Positions 45,339-56,836 of a stretch of 57,069 bases of DNA are shown here, piece by piece. The stretch's first letter is position 1, and each line of letters begins with the position of its first letter. The position numbers and the translations under genes are program-made. Origin of the DNA: Desulfobacteraceae bacterium (GTDB taxonomy: Bacteria > Desulfobacterota > Desulfobacteria > Desulfobacterales > UBA11574); the NCBI GenBank assembly GCA_030613575.1, contig JAUWLP010000001.1, positions 1 to 57,069 on the forward strand. Reading direction: 5' to 3'. Under the pieces are notes generated by a model. The model was not told the origin of the DNA, searched no databases, and saw only the letters and a list, made by a program, of their open reading frames with translations.

Positions 45339-46604
45339 TCAGAGGGTTAGAATATCGTTAAAATCATTCTCATGGGTAACCGGTCCCAATAGGGTCAGTG
45401 CAAACCGTCTTTTTTGAAAAAGGCTTTCCGCCAGATGGAGGATGTCGTCTTGGGAAACCAATTCGATGTTATTTGCAATCTCTTCCAAAGGGATATACCG
45501 TCCAAAATGAGTTTCATTCTGTGACAGCCTCACCATCTGGTTGTCGTTGCTTTCTGATGCAAGCATGAGACTCCCCTTTGTGTGCTCCTTGGCATCCTGA
45601 AGTTCGTTTGGATCAACACGCATGTGTTTAAGTCTGGCGATTTCTTTCAGAATCAGTTCGGTTGTTTTGCGGGCGTTTTTAGGATTAAGGCCTGCATAGG
45701 CCCCAAATATGCCGGTATCCACATAAGATGAGATAAAGGAATAGACAGAGTAGGCCAGGCCTCTTTTTTCGCGTATTTCCTGAAATAGTCTTGAACTCAT
45801 GTTTCCACCGAGGATAGTGTTCATCAGGGAATACGCATACCGTCTCGGGTCGGTTATTGACATACCCTTTGTCCCCAGACAGATATGAACCTGTTCCAAC
45901 TGTCTCTGATGCAGGTTAACCATGCTGTTCCCTTGGGGAGTAGTACGTTCGGGGAAGCTGTTGCCCTGACGAATTGATTCAAAGACCGGCCCGATAAGAT
46001 CGACCAAGCGGTTGTGCTCCAAATTGCCTGCAGCCGAAATGACAATGCGTTCGGGCTGATAAAAGTTGTTGAAAAATCCTTTAATGGTATGGGCATTAAA
46101 ACCCGCAACGTTTTCACGAGTGCCGAGAACCGATCGTCCCAGAGAATTATCCCGCCAGAAATTTCTTCCCGAAAGCACATGAATGTACTCATCCGGGCTG
46201 TCTTCCACCATGGCGATTTCCTGAAGAATAACCGCCCGCTCATTTTCAACCTCTTTTTCGTCAAACACAGAGTTTAAAAATATATCAGAAAGAATATCGA
46301 CCATGGTCTCCAGACGGGTGTCTATGACCTTTGCGTGGTAACATGTATTTTCAGCACTTGTAAAAGCGTTTGTCTGGCCTCCGATGGCATCAAATTCTTT
46401 GGCAATCTGAAAAGCGGTCCGTTTTTCTGTACCCTTAAAAATCATATGTTCAATAAAATGGGAAAGGCCGTTTTCAGATGACGATTCATCCCGGGCGCCG
46501 ACATTTACCCATACCCCCATTGATACGGAATGAACATGGGGCATTTTTTTACTGACAATCCTGATGCCGTTATTGAGGACGGTTTTATTTACGGCGTGCT
46601 CCAT
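45339..46604 (-). CDS. M16-family (pitrilysin-like) zinc peptidase
   Basis: 421 aa with the inverted zinc motif HFIEHMIFKGT. Confidence 0.85.
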   Translation of the reverse strand: MEHAVNKTVLNNGIRIVSKKMPHVHSVSMGVWVNVGARDESSSENGLSHFIEHMIFKGTEKRTAFQIAKEFDAIGGQTNAFTSAENTCYHAKVIDTRLETMVDILSDIFLNSVFDEKEVENERAVILQEIAMVEDSPDEYIHVLSGRNFWRDNSLGRSVLGTRENVAGFNAHTIKGFFNNFYQPERIVISAAGNLEHNRLVDLIGPVFESIRQGNSFPERTTPQGNSMVNLHQRQLEQVHICLGTKGMSITDPRRYAYSLMNTILGGNMSSRLFQEIREKRGLAYSVYSFISSYVDTGIFGAYAGLNPKNARKTTELILKEIARLKHMRVDPNELQDAKEHTKGSLMLASESNDNQMVRLSQNETHFGRYIPLEEIANNIELVSQDDILHLAESLFQKRRFALTLLGPVTHENDFNDILTL

Positions 46605-46614
46605 TTTTATTGGC

Positions 46615-48699
46615 CTATTTTTCCTCTTCCAGGACAGCTTTGTGGCTCAGACGGATTTTTCCGTCTCTGTTGATTTCAAGAACCTTGACTTTGATACGAT
46701 CCCCTTCCTTTACAATATCAGAAACTTTGTTTACCCGGCGATTGGCGAGTTGTGAGATGTGCACAAGTCCGTCTGTTCCGGGCATTATCTGGACGAAAGC
46801 ACCAAAATCCATGATTTTTACAACAGTCCCTTCATAAATTTCTCCCACTTCGGGTTCCATTACAATTTCATCGATCATCTTCACGGCGGCATCCGCCTCT
46901 TCCTTGGAAAAAGCGGCAATTTTGACCACGCCCTGATCATCTATTTCAAGTTTTGTATCGGTTTCAGTTTGAATTGCTCTGATGATTTTCCCTCCGGGAC
47001 CAATGACTTCGCGGATCTTGTCGGGATTAATATTCAGGGTAATGATTATCGGTGCATAAGGGGAAATTTGGTCGCGAGGTTCCTTAAGAGCTTCTAACAT
47101 CCTGTCAAGGATATGAAGCCGACCCACACGTGCCTGCTCAAGAGCTTTTCCCATAATATCCCTGGAGAGTTCATGAATTTTTATATCCATCTGGAGTGCG
47201 GTTATGCCGTCTTTTGTGCCGGCAACCTTAAAATCCATATCACCAGTGTGGTCTTCATCCCCAAGAATATCCGACAGGATAGCCACATCATCTCCTTCCT
47301 TTACAAGCCCCATGGCAATACCGGAACCCGGAGCTTTGATTGGAACGCCACCGTCCATTAACGCCAGGGTACCCGAACATACGGTTCCCATGGATGAAGA
47401 TCCGTTGGACTCCAAGACTTCTGAAACAAGGCGGATCGTATAGTCAAATTCTTCCTTGGCCGGCAGGGTTTTTTCCATGGCCCTGGTCGAAAGCCCTCCG
47501 TGGCCGATATCCCTGCGGCTCGGTCCTCCGATGCGTCTTACTTCTCCTACCGAATACGGTGGAAAATTGTAATGGAGCATAAAGGGCCTCTGTTCTTCTC
47601 CAAGTAGCGTCTCCACACGCTGCTCATCCCGACCCGACCCGAGGGTCAGCACTCCTATCACCTGGGTTTCCCCACGTGTAAAAAGAGCACTGCCGTGGAC
47701 TCTGGGCAATATGCCGACTTCGCATGTAATCGGCCTTATTTCATCAAATTTTCTTTTATCAATTCGATGTCTATCTTTAAGTATAATGTCTCTGCTGATT
47801 TTTTTGAGTATGTCATTAAATATATTATTTACTTCGCTTTTGCGATCCACATAATCTCCCCCGAGCTGTTCAATAATATCTGATTTTATTACCCTGAGAG
47901 CAACGCTTCGTTTAATTTTTTCAGGTATCATCAAAGCTTGGTATATCCTCGGGGATGCCTGGGGTTCAACTTTTTCGACCAGCTCATCATCTTTTTGGGG
48001 CGGGGTAAAGGGCCGTTTTGGCACCCCGTTGATTTCTTTTAGTTTCACTTGCATATCTAAAAGCGGCTGCATTGCCTGATGGCCGAAAAAGATTGCTTCA
48101 AGCATATCAGATTCACTGACAATATTGCCACCGCCTTCCACCATTACAACACCGGTTTTTGAGCCGGCAACAATGATGTTGATATCCATATTTTCGTATT
48201 GGTCTACGGTAGGATTGATTTTTAATTGACCGTCTATCCGGCCGACACGTACACATGCAATCGGCCCCGCAAATGGAATGTCTGATATTTCAATGGCAGC
48301 AGATGTTCCTATCATTGCCAGAATGTCAGGGTCATTTTCCTGGTCCATGGAGAGTACTGTTGCAATAACCTGGGTTTCAAATCGGTATTCTTTGGGGAAA
48401 AGCGGCCTGATGGGACGGTCTATAAGACGGGCTGTCAGGGTCTCCTTTTCACTGGGCCTGCCGATTTCGCGTCTGAAATAATTCCCGGGTATTCGGCCCG
48501 CCGCATATCCTTTTTCCTGATATTCAACGGTAAGCGGCAAAAAATCTATGGTGCGTTCTTCTTGAGAAGATACAACTGCAACAAGTACAATGGTGTCTCC
48601 ATATTGAACCACAACCGAACCGGATGCCTGTTTGGCGATTTTGCCGGTTTCGATGCTCAATGTTTTTCCACCAATTTCAGTTTTGAGTAACGTTTTCAT
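46615..48699 (-). CDS. pnp: Polyribonucleotide nucleotidyltransferase (PNPase)
   Basis: 694 aa. Two RNase PH domains, a KH domain ([10 protein letters not shown]) and an S1 domain ([18 protein letters not shown]). Confidence 0.95.
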   Translation of the reverse strand: MKTLLKTEIGGKTLSIETGKIAKQASGSVVVQYGDTIVLVAVVSSQEERTIDFLPLTVEYQEKGYAAGRIPGNYFRREIGRPSEKETLTARLIDRPIRPLFPKEYRFETQVIATVLSMDQENDPDILAMIGTSAAIEISDIPFAGPIACVRVGRIDGQLKINPTVDQYENMDINIIVAGSKTGVVMVEGGGNIVSESDMLEAIFFGHQAMQPLLDMQVKLKEINGVPKRPFTPPQKDDELVEKVEPQASPRIYQALMIPEKIKRSVALRVIKSDIIEQLGGDYVDRKSEVNNIFNDILKKISRDIILKDRHRIDKRKFDEIRPITCEVGILPRVHGSALFTRGETQVIGVLTLGSGRDEQRVETLLGEEQRPFMLHYNFPPYSVGEVRRIGGPSRRDIGHGGLSTRAMEKTLPAKEEFDYTIRLVSEVLESNGSSSMGTVCSGTLALMDGGVPIKAPGSGIAMGLVKEGDDVAILSDILGDEDHTGDMDFKVAGTKDGITALQMDIKIHELSRDIMGKALEQARVGRLHILDRMLEALKEPRDQISPYAPIIITLNINPDKIREVIGPGGKIIRAIQTETDTKLEIDDQGVVKIAAFSKEEADAAVKMIDEIVMEPEVGEIYEGTVVKIMDFGAFVQIMPGTDGLVHISQLANRRVNKVSDIVKEGDRIKVKVLEINRDGKIRLSHKAVLEEEK

Positions 48700-48946
48700 A
48701 TTTGTCTCCTAAAAGCAAAGCAGCTTCAAACCTGTAATTGCATGCCAAATCTTATATTTTTTTTTGGCTGATCATTAAATAGCAAAAAATCAAGTTTAAT
48801 TGCTGATTGCAAGATTAAAAGTTAAGCCCTTATGCAGGTACGGTTCTATGAGGCTGTCTTATGCCTTATACGAACAATACGGGCATGTAATAACCTAGGC
48901 TATATTATACTGTCTCCTGGGCAAGGGATCACATAAAATGTGTCCT

Positions 48947-49216
48947 CTATCTTCTCAATCCCAGGGTTTCGATGATTGCCCGGTATCGTTTTACATCTTT
49001 GTTTTTTACGTAGTTTAAGAGCCTGCGCCGTCTGCCGACTAAAATCAACAAACCCCTTCTGGAATGATGGTCCTTTTTATGAGCCTTTAAGTGATCTGTG
49101 AGGTAAGAAATACGGTATGTCAAAAGTCCGACCTGTACTTCCGGAGAACCTGTATCGTTTTCGTGCAGCTTAAACCGCTCGATCAGCTCCTTTTTGTCTT
49201 TTGTTGTTAAAACCAA
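48947..49216 (-). CDS. rpsO: 30S ribosomal protein S15
   Basis: 89 aa. [34 protein letters not shown]. Confidence 0.95.
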   Translation of the reverse strand: MVLTTKDKKELIERFKLHENDTGSPEVQVGLLTYRISYLTDHLKAHKKDHHSRRGLLILVGRRRRLLNYVKNKDVKRYRAIIETLGLRR

Positions 49217-49264
49217 TTTTTTTTGCCTCCTCTTGTTAAAATATAAATTAATTACTTACCTAAA

Positions 49265-49292
49265 TTGTAAATTTTGTGTTTTTTATGGCAAA
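49265..49292 (-). promoter_or_regulatory. Candidate sigma70 promoter of rpsO
   Basis: On the minus strand: TTGCCA (49287-49292), 16-nt spacer, TACAAT (49265-49270), about 48 nt upstream of the rpsO ATG. Confidence 0.5.
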
Positions 49293-49310
49293 AGATTTTA
49301 TAACTTCAAA

Positions 49311-49445
49311 AAAGTGTGAGGTGATCTAAAGTGATCTAAAATGCCTAAAGTTGTGGAATTCTGCCAATTTTTATATAAATAGATGGAGCAAAGCGACACA
49401 TTAACTTTAGGCACTTCAAACTTTAGTTCACTTTAGTCACTTTTA
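49311..49445. repeat. R2b: ctaaagtg-type palindromic repeat
   Basis: Left arm 49311-49353: aaaagtgtgaggtgatctaaagtgatctaaaatgcctaaagtt. Right arm 49404-49445 is its imperfect reverse complement. Confidence 0.8.
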
Positions 49446-49530
49446 TCCTGAACGAATACTTCGCGCCGGATTGTTCTGGTTAGTGTTTTATTGTTCATGA
49501 AATTTTTTGGGCAACCTGATGAAATTCGAG

Positions 49531-50454
49531 TTAATTATTGAATACACAACAATAGCCATACCGGCCACTCTTTTTTGTATGACTTAATACGGCTATAAGA
49601 TCCTTGTTTATATTAAGAATCTTGATAAAGCCTTCCGGGATGTCTGTATGTACCGGCGTTAAATCCTTTTTTGTTATGATATTGCCGTGCATTATTTTTT
49701 CTTCCAAAACTTTATCAACACGATGTTCGGGCATATCCCGCAAGGCGTTTGACATGCTTATTATCCGATCAGATATTTTTCCAGATAAAGCCAGATTTTC
49801 CAGTTCTGACAATTTTAAAGCCTCAGTAATTGAAAACCCGCCGCTTTGGATCCGCCTTAATTCTTTAAGGTGGCCACCGCATCCGAGAAATTTTCCTATG
49901 TCTGAACAGAGTGTTCGGATATATGTGCCTGCTGAGCAGGAAACAGTAAAATGTATCAACGGCAGATCGATTCCAAGTATTTCAATGTTAAAAATAGTGA
50001 TACGTCTTGCCGGTTTCTGAACCGGTTTACCGCTGCGCGCCAGTTTGTAAAGGGGAGTCCCCTTCCATTTCAGTGCCGAATAAACCGGCGGAATTTGCTC
50101 AATCGTTCCCTCAAACTCCTTAAATACGGACCGTATTTTTATTTCAGAAAATAATATGTTATCACATGTAGACGTAACCGTTCCCGTTGAATCCTGTGTG
50201 TTTGTTTCAACGCCCAGGCAAAGAACAGCCTCGTATTTTTTATTGCCGTGAAGGAAAAACCTGGCGAGCTTTGTTGCTCGGTTAAAACAACATACCAGGA
50301 TACCCGTTGCAAAGGGATCAAGTGTACCGGTATGCCCTACTTTTTTTACTTCAAGCAATTTCTTTATACGGGCCACTACCTTGGCTGAGGTTATGCTTGC
50401 GGGCTTATCAACAAGTAAAATCCCGTTTAATTCAGGCTGCATAAGTTCAGTCAT
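49531..50454 (-). CDS. truB: tRNA pseudouridine(55) synthase
   Basis: GILLVDKP...VGHTGTLDPFATG catalytic Asp motif. Confidence 0.92.
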   Translation of the reverse strand: MTELMQPELNGILLVDKPASITSAKVVARIKKLLEVKKVGHTGTLDPFATGILVCCFNRATKLARFFLHGNKKYEAVLCLGVETNTQDSTGTVTSTCDNILFSEIKIRSVFKEFEGTIEQIPPVYSALKWKGTPLYKLARSGKPVQKPARRITIFNIEILGIDLPLIHFTVSCSAGTYIRTLCSDIGKFLGCGGHLKELRRIQSGGFSITEALKLSELENLALSGKISDRIISMSNALRDMPEHRVDKVLEEKIMHGNIITKKDLTPVHTDIPEGFIKILNINKDLIAVLSHTKKSGRYGYCCVFNN

Positions 50455-51419
50455 ATTTTATCAGCCATGCTTAAAAGTTGTAATTTTATATCGGAAAGTG
50501 TCGATTCAATACTGAATCCGGCAGCGCTGGAGTGACCGCCTCCGCCAAACGAAGCTGCAATTGCAGCCACATCAACCGATCCATTTGAACGGAGGCTGAT
50601 GTGAAACCTGTTAAAAGCGTTCAATTTTTTTTTGCTATTTCGGTGTTCCTGTATCAGTGCCGCAACTTTGACATCTTCAATACGTTTTGCGTAATTGATA
50701 AGGCCGTCTACATCTTCAGCCTGGGTATGTGTTTCATTAAACATGTCTTGTGTCAGTGTCATTATCGACAGTTTGCCGTTATCTGAGATTTCAATAGAGT
50801 CAAGGGCCAGATTAAGAAGCTTTATGCGGCCCAGAGAATATGTTCCATATACATGTTGAGCAATAATATAAGGATCCACGCCCAATCCTACCATTTCTTG
50901 ACAGATTGAAAAAGCAGCCCTGTTTGTATTTGAAAAGCGGAATGAACCGGTATCGGTCAAGATTCCCGTGTATATTGAAGTGGCAATGGCTTTGTCTAAG
51001 GGGACATCCATCTGTTTTATCAGACGGTATACGATTTCCGCGGTGGCACATGCTGAAGTATCTATGAGTTGAAGATGACCAAAGCGGGTATTGGTAACAT
51101 GATGATCGATGTTGACAGTGATCGGAATCTGTCTAACCGCTGAAACAGCCATCCCGATCCGTTTTAAATTACCGCAATCAAGAATAACGGCAAGATCGTA
51201 ATTTTCATTTTTTATGTTCCTCACAACACGGTTAACAGCAGGGAGAAAACGGTACACAGCAGGAATGGGACTTTCATTGTATAAAGTTGTTTTTTTATTC
51301 AATACATCAAGACAAAGTCCCATGGCAATCAGAGATCCGATTGCATCGCCGTCCGGGTTAGTGTGAGTAGTAATTAAAATATGGTTACTATTTTTCAAAT
51401 AACGTATTATTTGGTCCAT
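50451..51419 (-). CDS. nrnA: DHH/DHHA1 phosphoesterase, NrnA-like oligoribonuclease/pAp phosphatase
   Basis: THTNPDGDAIGS, DHH (NIDHH), GGGH motifs. Confidence 0.8.
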   Translation of the reverse strand: MDQIIRYLKNSNHILITTHTNPDGDAIGSLIAMGLCLDVLNKKTTLYNESPIPAVYRFLPAVNRVVRNIKNENYDLAVILDCGNLKRIGMAVSAVRQIPITVNIDHHVTNTRFGHLQLIDTSACATAEIVYRLIKQMDVPLDKAIATSIYTGILTDTGSFRFSNTNRAAFSICQEMVGLGVDPYIIAQHVYGTYSLGRIKLLNLALDSIEISDNGKLSIMTLTQDMFNETHTQAEDVDGLINYAKRIEDVKVAALIQEHRNSKKKLNAFNRFHISLRSNGSVDVAAIAASFGGGGHSSAAGFSIESTLSDIKLQLLSMADKI

Positions 51420-51765
51420 TGTCCGCTTTTACAGCCTTCAAAACCTTATCTATGTGTGATCCGTAATCAAAAGATTCATCGAAAAAAAATTTAAGGTCCG
51501 GCATATAACGCAAACCTAACTGTCGGGCAAGTGTACGTTTTACATATCCCAGAGCACTTTTAAATCCTTCTACTGCCTCTTCTATGCTTTGTTTGTTGCC
51601 GGATGCAACGAAGTATATCCGTGCAATTCTTAAATCTCGAGACATCCTTACATCTGTAATTCTAGCATTCTCAAGACGAGGATCTTTAACTTTTTTCAGC
51701 AATATTTCCGACAGTACTTTCTGTATCTGGCCACCAACTCTGTCAGATCGTGCAAACGGTTTCAT
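51388..51765 (-). CDS. rbfA: Ribosome-binding factor A
   Basis: RVGGQIQKVLSEIL...ITDVRMSRDLRIARIYF. Confidence 0.9.
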   Translation of the reverse strand: MKPFARSDRVGGQIQKVLSEILLKKVKDPRLENARITDVRMSRDLRIARIYFVASGNKQSIEEAVEGFKSALGYVKRTLARQLGLRYMPDLKFFFDESFDYGSHIDKVLKAVKADNGPNNTLFEK

Positions 51766-52049
51766 AAATTGATGATCTCCATTTCACTGTCTATGATCTC
51801 AGCCAGATTCAACTCGTCTGCCAGATTAAAAATCTTGTCTATCTTAGAGTTTATTACCTTTCGATTGTTACCAACCAGGGCAAACCCTATTATTGCCTTT
51901 TGATAGATGTCATTTAATCCGACCTCTGCAACCGAAACATTAAAATTGCTACGCAGCCGGCTAATGATCGATTTTACAACCTTCCTTTTGCCTTTTAAAG
52001 AACGGCAGTCATGCAACCTGAATGTGATAATACCAAAACCCGCAACCAT
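51762..52049 (-). CDS. DUF503 (YlxP-like) protein
   Basis: 95 aa. SLKGKRKVVKSI..R....FNVSVAEV. Sits in the conserved position between infB and rbfA. Confidence 0.8.
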   Translation of the reverse strand: MVAGFGIITFRLHDCRSLKGKRKVVKSIISRLRSNFNVSVAEVGLNDIYQKAIIGFALVGNNRKVINSKIDKIFNLADELNLAEIIDSEMEIINL

Positions 52050-52158
52050 GATACTCTTGCTTATCTCGAGAACACTTGGCTCTTTTTATGAGTTTTTCAC
52101 TAATCCTAATCCGTAAAAGCTGGAAAAGTGACTAATAACAAGAAAAGGATAACAACAT

Positions 52159-54741
52159 TCAATCTTCAAGTTCAGGTTTGATCTCCTTAAGATAGTAACA
52201 TTCTATTATATCACCAACCTTGATGTCATTATATTTTTGGATGCCGATTCCGCATTCGTAACCGCTTTGGACTTCCTTGACATCGTCTTTGAAATGCCGG
52301 AGGGAAGAAATTTTACTGTCATAACAGACAATCCAATCCCTGAGGACGCGTGCAAGCTGCCCCCGCTCTATTTTCCCCTCGGCGACATAGCAACCTGCGA
52401 TAGCTCCAACTTTTGGGACGTGGAATACTTCGCGGACCTCAGCTTTACCCAGAATCCGTTCTTCAAAAGTAGAGGACATCATACCGAGTATGGCATCCTT
52501 GATGTCTTTTATAATATCATAAATGACATTATAAAAACGTATGTCCACATTTTCTTCATGGGCAAGCACCTTAATTTTAGAAGTGGGACGTATGTTAAAA
52601 CCTATAATTATGGCATCAGAAACGGTAGCCAGGGAAATATCCGATTCGGTCAATGTGCCGGTGGCTGTATGGATCACGTTAATTCTGACTTCCTCGTTGG
52701 AAAGTTTTGTCAAAGCGTCTCCAAGGGCTTCGATAGAACCCTGTACATCGGCCTTTATTATGATGTTTAGATCTTTAACCTCGTTTGTTTGTATCTGCTC
52801 ATAAAGTTTTTCAAGACTTAATCTGCCGGTTTTTGCCAGTTCTTTAAACCTTTGTTTCTGTACTCGATGCGCACTGACCTGCTTGGCATTCTTTTCGTCT
52901 GACAGTGCAAGGAACTCATCTCCGGCATTAGGAACGCCTGAAAGTCCGATTATTTCAACCGGCATTGAAGGTCCGGCGGACGTTATATGCATTCCCCTGT
53001 CGTTTTGCAAGGCTCGTATTTTGCCATAGTGTACGCCACAGACCACCGGATCATGGATTTTTAGAGTTCCCTGTTTAACCAGAATCGTGGCAACAGCGCC
53101 TCTGCTTGGGTCTAACTTTGCTTCAACCACGTAACCCATGGCAAGTCTATCCGGATTTGCTTTAAGCTCCAATATCTCAGCCTGAAGGAGAACCATTTCA
53201 AGCAGATCATCTATTCCCTGTTTCTCCTTAGCAGAAACCTGGACGAAGATGGTATCACCGCCCCAATCTTCAGGAACAAGGTCTGCGTCTGCAAGTTCAC
53301 GCTGAACACGCTCAGGCTCAGCATTTTCTTTGTCTATTTTATTAATTGCTACGATGATCGGAACTTTTGCGGCTTTGGAGTGGTTTATCGCTTCAAGGGT
53401 TTGCGGCATGACACCATCATCAGCAGCAACAACCAGAATTACCAAGTCCGTAACCCTGGCACCACGGGCACGCATTGCAGTAAAAGCCTCATGGCCCGGA
53501 GTATCCAGGAATACGATCTGGCCTTTATCTGTGGATACATAGTAGGCGCCGATATGTTGCGTGATTCCACCAGCCTCATTTTCTGTAACTTTGGTTTTTC
53601 TTATTACATCAAGAAGAGATGTTTTACCATGATCCACATGTCCCATAATAGTTACCACCGAGGGCCTTGCGATGAGCTTATCCGGATCATCCATTTCTAT
53701 ATTTAAAACAGTTTCTTCCTCAAAAGAGGCTTTTTCCAGTTCGTAATCGAATTCTGCGGCAACAAGAGCAGCGGTATCAAAGTCTATGACCTGGTTAACA
53801 GTTGTCATAACACCTAAATCCATCAGCTTTTTGATCATTTCTCCGGCTTTGATTCCCATACGTTTTGCCAGATCAGACAGGGCAATGACCTCATCAATTT
53901 TTATTCTACGTTTGATGGCTTTAGGTGTAGTTATCAAGGGCTTTTGTTTTACAAGAGTCGGTTTAGCCTTTGCAATCTTACGTCCCTTACGAATCCGATG
54001 CCCCTTGACATAAAGATCGGCCCCTTCAACAACCTCTTTCTTCCGGAAGGAGATTTTCTTTTTGAAAAACTTTTTATCCCTTACAGCTTCGTCGGGCTTT
54101 TTTGTCCATTTCTTCTTTTTCTTTATGTCTTTTACAGGCACATCTTTCCGGGGTGTTTTGCTTTCTGGCACATCTTTTTTCGGTGTGGGTGTTTTTGCTA
54201 CTTTTGTTTTGAGTTTGTGAACCTGGTCTTTTTCGATCTTGGGCGCTTTTTCTACAGGGCGTGGTGTTACGGGCAGTTTTATAATCTTTGCCGGAGCATC
54301 TTTTTTAACCTTTTTGGCGGCCTTTTTCTTTTTTAATTTCTTTGAAACGGCGGGTTCCTTAAGTTTTGATTCGGCCGGCTTTTCGACTTTAGGTTTTTCT
54401 CTCGAAAGAATGGTTTGTGCAACGGCTCCATCAGGTGCGTCATCCTTGACTGGAGCATCTTTCTTGCGAGGCTCTTCCGGTTCAATAGCCGTCACTACCT
54501 GAGCAGGCTCTTGCTGCACACGTTTTTTACGTCTTCTGATAATCGTCGGCTTTATACGCTTTTCATCAACCTCTTTTTTTGGTGAGCCAAGCAAATTCTT
54601 TTTTATCCTGGTTACAGTCTCATCATCTAGAGAACTCATATGGCTTTTTACATCAATATCCATATTACGTATCTTTTCAAGCAGTGCCTTATTTGTTACG
54701 TTAAGATCTCTGGCAAGTTCATATATTCTAATCTTTGCCAT
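52159..54741 (-). CDS. infB: Translation initiation factor IF-2
   Basis: 860 aa. Lys-rich N-terminal region. G domain [24 protein letters not shown]. Confidence 0.95.
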   Translation of the reverse strand: MAKIRIYELARDLNVTNKALLEKIRNMDIDVKSHMSSLDDETVTRIKKNLLGSPKKEVDEKRIKPTIIRRRKKRVQQEPAQVVTAIEPEEPRKKDAPVKDDAPDGAVAQTILSREKPKVEKPAESKLKEPAVSKKLKKKKAAKKVKKDAPAKIIKLPVTPRPVEKAPKIEKDQVHKLKTKVAKTPTPKKDVPESKTPRKDVPVKDIKKKKKWTKKPDEAVRDKKFFKKKISFRKKEVVEGADLYVKGHRIRKGRKIAKAKPTLVKQKPLITTPKAIKRRIKIDEVIALSDLAKRMGIKAGEMIKKLMDLGVMTTVNQVIDFDTAALVAAEFDYELEKASFEEETVLNIEMDDPDKLIARPSVVTIMGHVDHGKTSLLDVIRKTKVTENEAGGITQHIGAYYVSTDKGQIVFLDTPGHEAFTAMRARGARVTDLVILVVAADDGVMPQTLEAINHSKAAKVPIIVAINKIDKENAEPERVQRELADADLVPEDWGGDTIFVQVSAKEKQGIDDLLEMVLLQAEILELKANPDRLAMGYVVEAKLDPSRGAVATILVKQGTLKIHDPVVCGVHYGKIRALQNDRGMHITSAGPSMPVEIIGLSGVPNAGDEFLALSDEKNAKQVSAHRVQKQRFKELAKTGRLSLEKLYEQIQTNEVKDLNIIIKADVQGSIEALGDALTKLSNEEVRINVIHTATGTLTESDISLATVSDAIIIGFNIRPTSKIKVLAHEENVDIRFYNVIYDIIKDIKDAILGMMSSTFEERILGKAEVREVFHVPKVGAIAGCYVAEGKIERGQLARVLRDWIVCYDSKISSLRHFKDDVKEVQSGYECGIGIQKYNDIKVGDIIECYYLKEIKPELED

Positions 54742-54752
54742 CCATTCCCCTT

Positions 54753-54785
54753 AGTAAAGTTTGAAGTTTAAAGTGATCTAAAGTT
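54753..54785. repeat. R2c: partial R2 arm in the nusA-infB spacer
   Basis: agtaaagtttgaagtttaaagtgatctaaagtt resembles the R2b arm. It is followed by cactattccattactgc, which resembles an R3 arm unit. Confidence 0.5.
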
Positions 54786-54873
54786 AAATTAGTGGCTTAA
54801 GCTCACTATTCCATTACTGCAACATTTTCCCGCAATCTTGCTGGATGGAGCGCAGTTTAGCCAAGTTCACAAA

Positions 54874-56211
54874 TTATCCGTCATCTTCTACCGCATTATC
54901 AGGTGATGAAGAATGATCTGGCGTATCCTCATCATCCGGCAAAGCTTCATTTGATATTTCATCGATTTTGTCTGTGCTTGCCATATATTTTTTTGCGGTT
55001 TCGACAAGTTGTATGGCTTTTTCTTCGGCAATGCCCCTGATCTGAATCAGATCTTCTACGGAAGAATTGCCGAGTTCCTCAGCAGAAAAAAATCCCTTTT
55101 CATACAAAGCGTCCGCCATACTAATTCCAATGCCTGGTAATGAAACCAGAGAGTTGTAACCGTCCTGCATGGCTTCACTGTATCGTGTTTCACTGATGAC
55201 ATCAAGATGCCATTTTGTAAGTTTTGAGGCCAGACGAACATTCTGCCCTTTTTTCCCGATGGCTATTGAAAGAAATTCGTCAGGTACAATGACTTCCATG
55301 GAAAGATTCTCTTCATCGATAATAACTCTGGATATTTCAGCAGGTGCAAGCGCATTGCATACAAATTTTGCAGGATCAATATGCCAGGATATAATATCTA
55401 TTTTTTCACCTCTCAGTTCCTGAACAACGTTCTGTACGCGACTTCCTTTCATCCCTACACAGGCACCAACCGGGTCTATATCAGAATCATTTGAAGTCAC
55501 TGAAAATTTTGCACGGATTCCGGGTTCACGGGCTACACCCATAATGGTTACGATACCTTCGCTGATTTCCGGAACCTCTGTTTTGAAAAGACAGGTCAGA
55601 AAATCAGGATGTGTTCTTGAAAGAATAATTTGCGGGCCGCGAGTTTCATGAAGTACATCCATTATATATGCCCTGATACGATCACCACGTCGATACGATT
55701 CTTTAGAAACCTGCTCTCGCGTCGGAAGTATACCTTCGGTCTGCCCTAAATTAACAATAATGTTGTTACGGTCAAAACGCTGTACAATTCCGTTTATGAT
55801 TTCACCTTTTCGACCGATAAAACTTGAATAAACAGCATCCCTTTCCGCGTCTTTCATTTTCTGTATAATGACCTGTTTGGCCGACTGTGCGGCTATGCGT
55901 CCGAAAGTGGACGTATCCATTTTTGTGCCGATGCTGTCACCGAATTCGCATTCCGGATCCAGCTTGCGTCCTTCTTCAAAGCTTATTTGGATGTCAGGCT
56001 CTGTAATCTCTTCAGTCACATCTTTAAACTGGAATACTTCAATTTCACCTGTTGCGTCATTGTATTGAACTTCAATATCTACTTTGGTTCCAAACTTTTT
56101 TCTCGCGGCAGATTCCAAAGCCTCCTCAAGTGCCTTGATAAGCACCTCGCGATTAATACCCTTGTCTCGACTAACCTGTTCAATGACACGCTTTATATCT
56201 GTTATAAACAT
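54874..56211 (-). CDS. nusA: Transcription termination/antitermination factor NusA
   Basis: 445 aa. N-terminal domain, S1, two KH domains ([23 protein letters not shown]), and an acidic C-terminal repeat. Confidence 0.95.
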   Translation of the reverse strand: MFITDIKRVIEQVSRDKGINREVLIKALEEALESAARKKFGTKVDIEVQYNDATGEIEVFQFKDVTEEITEPDIQISFEEGRKLDPECEFGDSIGTKMDTSTFGRIAAQSAKQVIIQKMKDAERDAVYSSFIGRKGEIINGIVQRFDRNNIIVNLGQTEGILPTREQVSKESYRRGDRIRAYIMDVLHETRGPQIILSRTHPDFLTCLFKTEVPEISEGIVTIMGVAREPGIRAKFSVTSNDSDIDPVGACVGMKGSRVQNVVQELRGEKIDIISWHIDPAKFVCNALAPAEISRVIIDEENLSMEVIVPDEFLSIAIGKKGQNVRLASKLTKWHLDVISETRYSEAMQDGYNSLVSLPGIGISMADALYEKGFFSAEELGNSSVEDLIQIRGIAEEKAIQLVETAKKYMASTDKIDEISNEALPDDEDTPDHSSSPDNAVEDDG

Positions 56212-56290
56212 CTGTTTATCCTCGATATACTAAATATCAACTGTTGTTTGAATTATACCTTAATTGCTCAATTAGGGTTGTACACCCGGG

Positions 56291-56824
56291 CTAATCAGCA
56301 AGTCGTGCCATCATAATTTCCTGATAAGGAATACATGCTGTTTTGCCATCGACCGATAGTTTTACAATCTCCTCAAATATGCCCATAAGGACACCGTTGA
56401 ATTTTTTTTGGCCTTCAACAGGTTGAGCGGTTTTAATTTTTACACGGCTTCCTTTGAATCTATCAAAGTCAAGCCTTTTCCCCAAAGGACGATTCGGTCC
56501 CGGTGATGAGACCTCCAGACGGTATGGTTCCGTATTTTCGAGATATACATCCAAAAGGTCGCTCGATTGGCGGCTTATATGCACACAGTCATCGAGAGTA
56601 ACGCCCCCGGGTCTGTCTATAAAAAGGCGAAGAATTCTCCCGCCTGCTTCCCGTTGATATTCAAAGTGGACCAACTCCAACCCCTCGCTTTCACACAACG
56701 ATTCTATTAAATCTCTTGCCTGTGCAACAATTTTTTCCTTATTTGCCGGAGACCGGTTTTTATGTCTCTGGGTTTTGACCCTGGATTTCAGTCTTTTATT
56801 TACTTTTTTTCTTTGACTTTTCAA
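56291..56824 (-). CDS. rimP: Ribosome maturation factor RimP (with basic N-terminal extension if the TTG start is used)
   Basis: Core LIESLCESEGLELVHFEY..GRILRLFIDRPGGVTLDDC. There is no in-frame ATG or GTG upstream of the core, so the start is uncertain. Confidence 0.8.
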   Translation of the reverse strand: MKSQRKKVNKRLKSRVKTQRHKNRSPANKEKIVAQARDLIESLCESEGLELVHFEYQREAGGRILRLFIDRPGGVTLDDCVHISRQSSDLLDVYLENTEPYRLEVSSPGPNRPLGKRLDFDRFKGSRVKIKTAQPVEGQKKFNGVLMGIFEEIVKLSVDGKTACIPYQEIMMARLAD

Positions 56825-56836
56825 TGGTCTATCATT

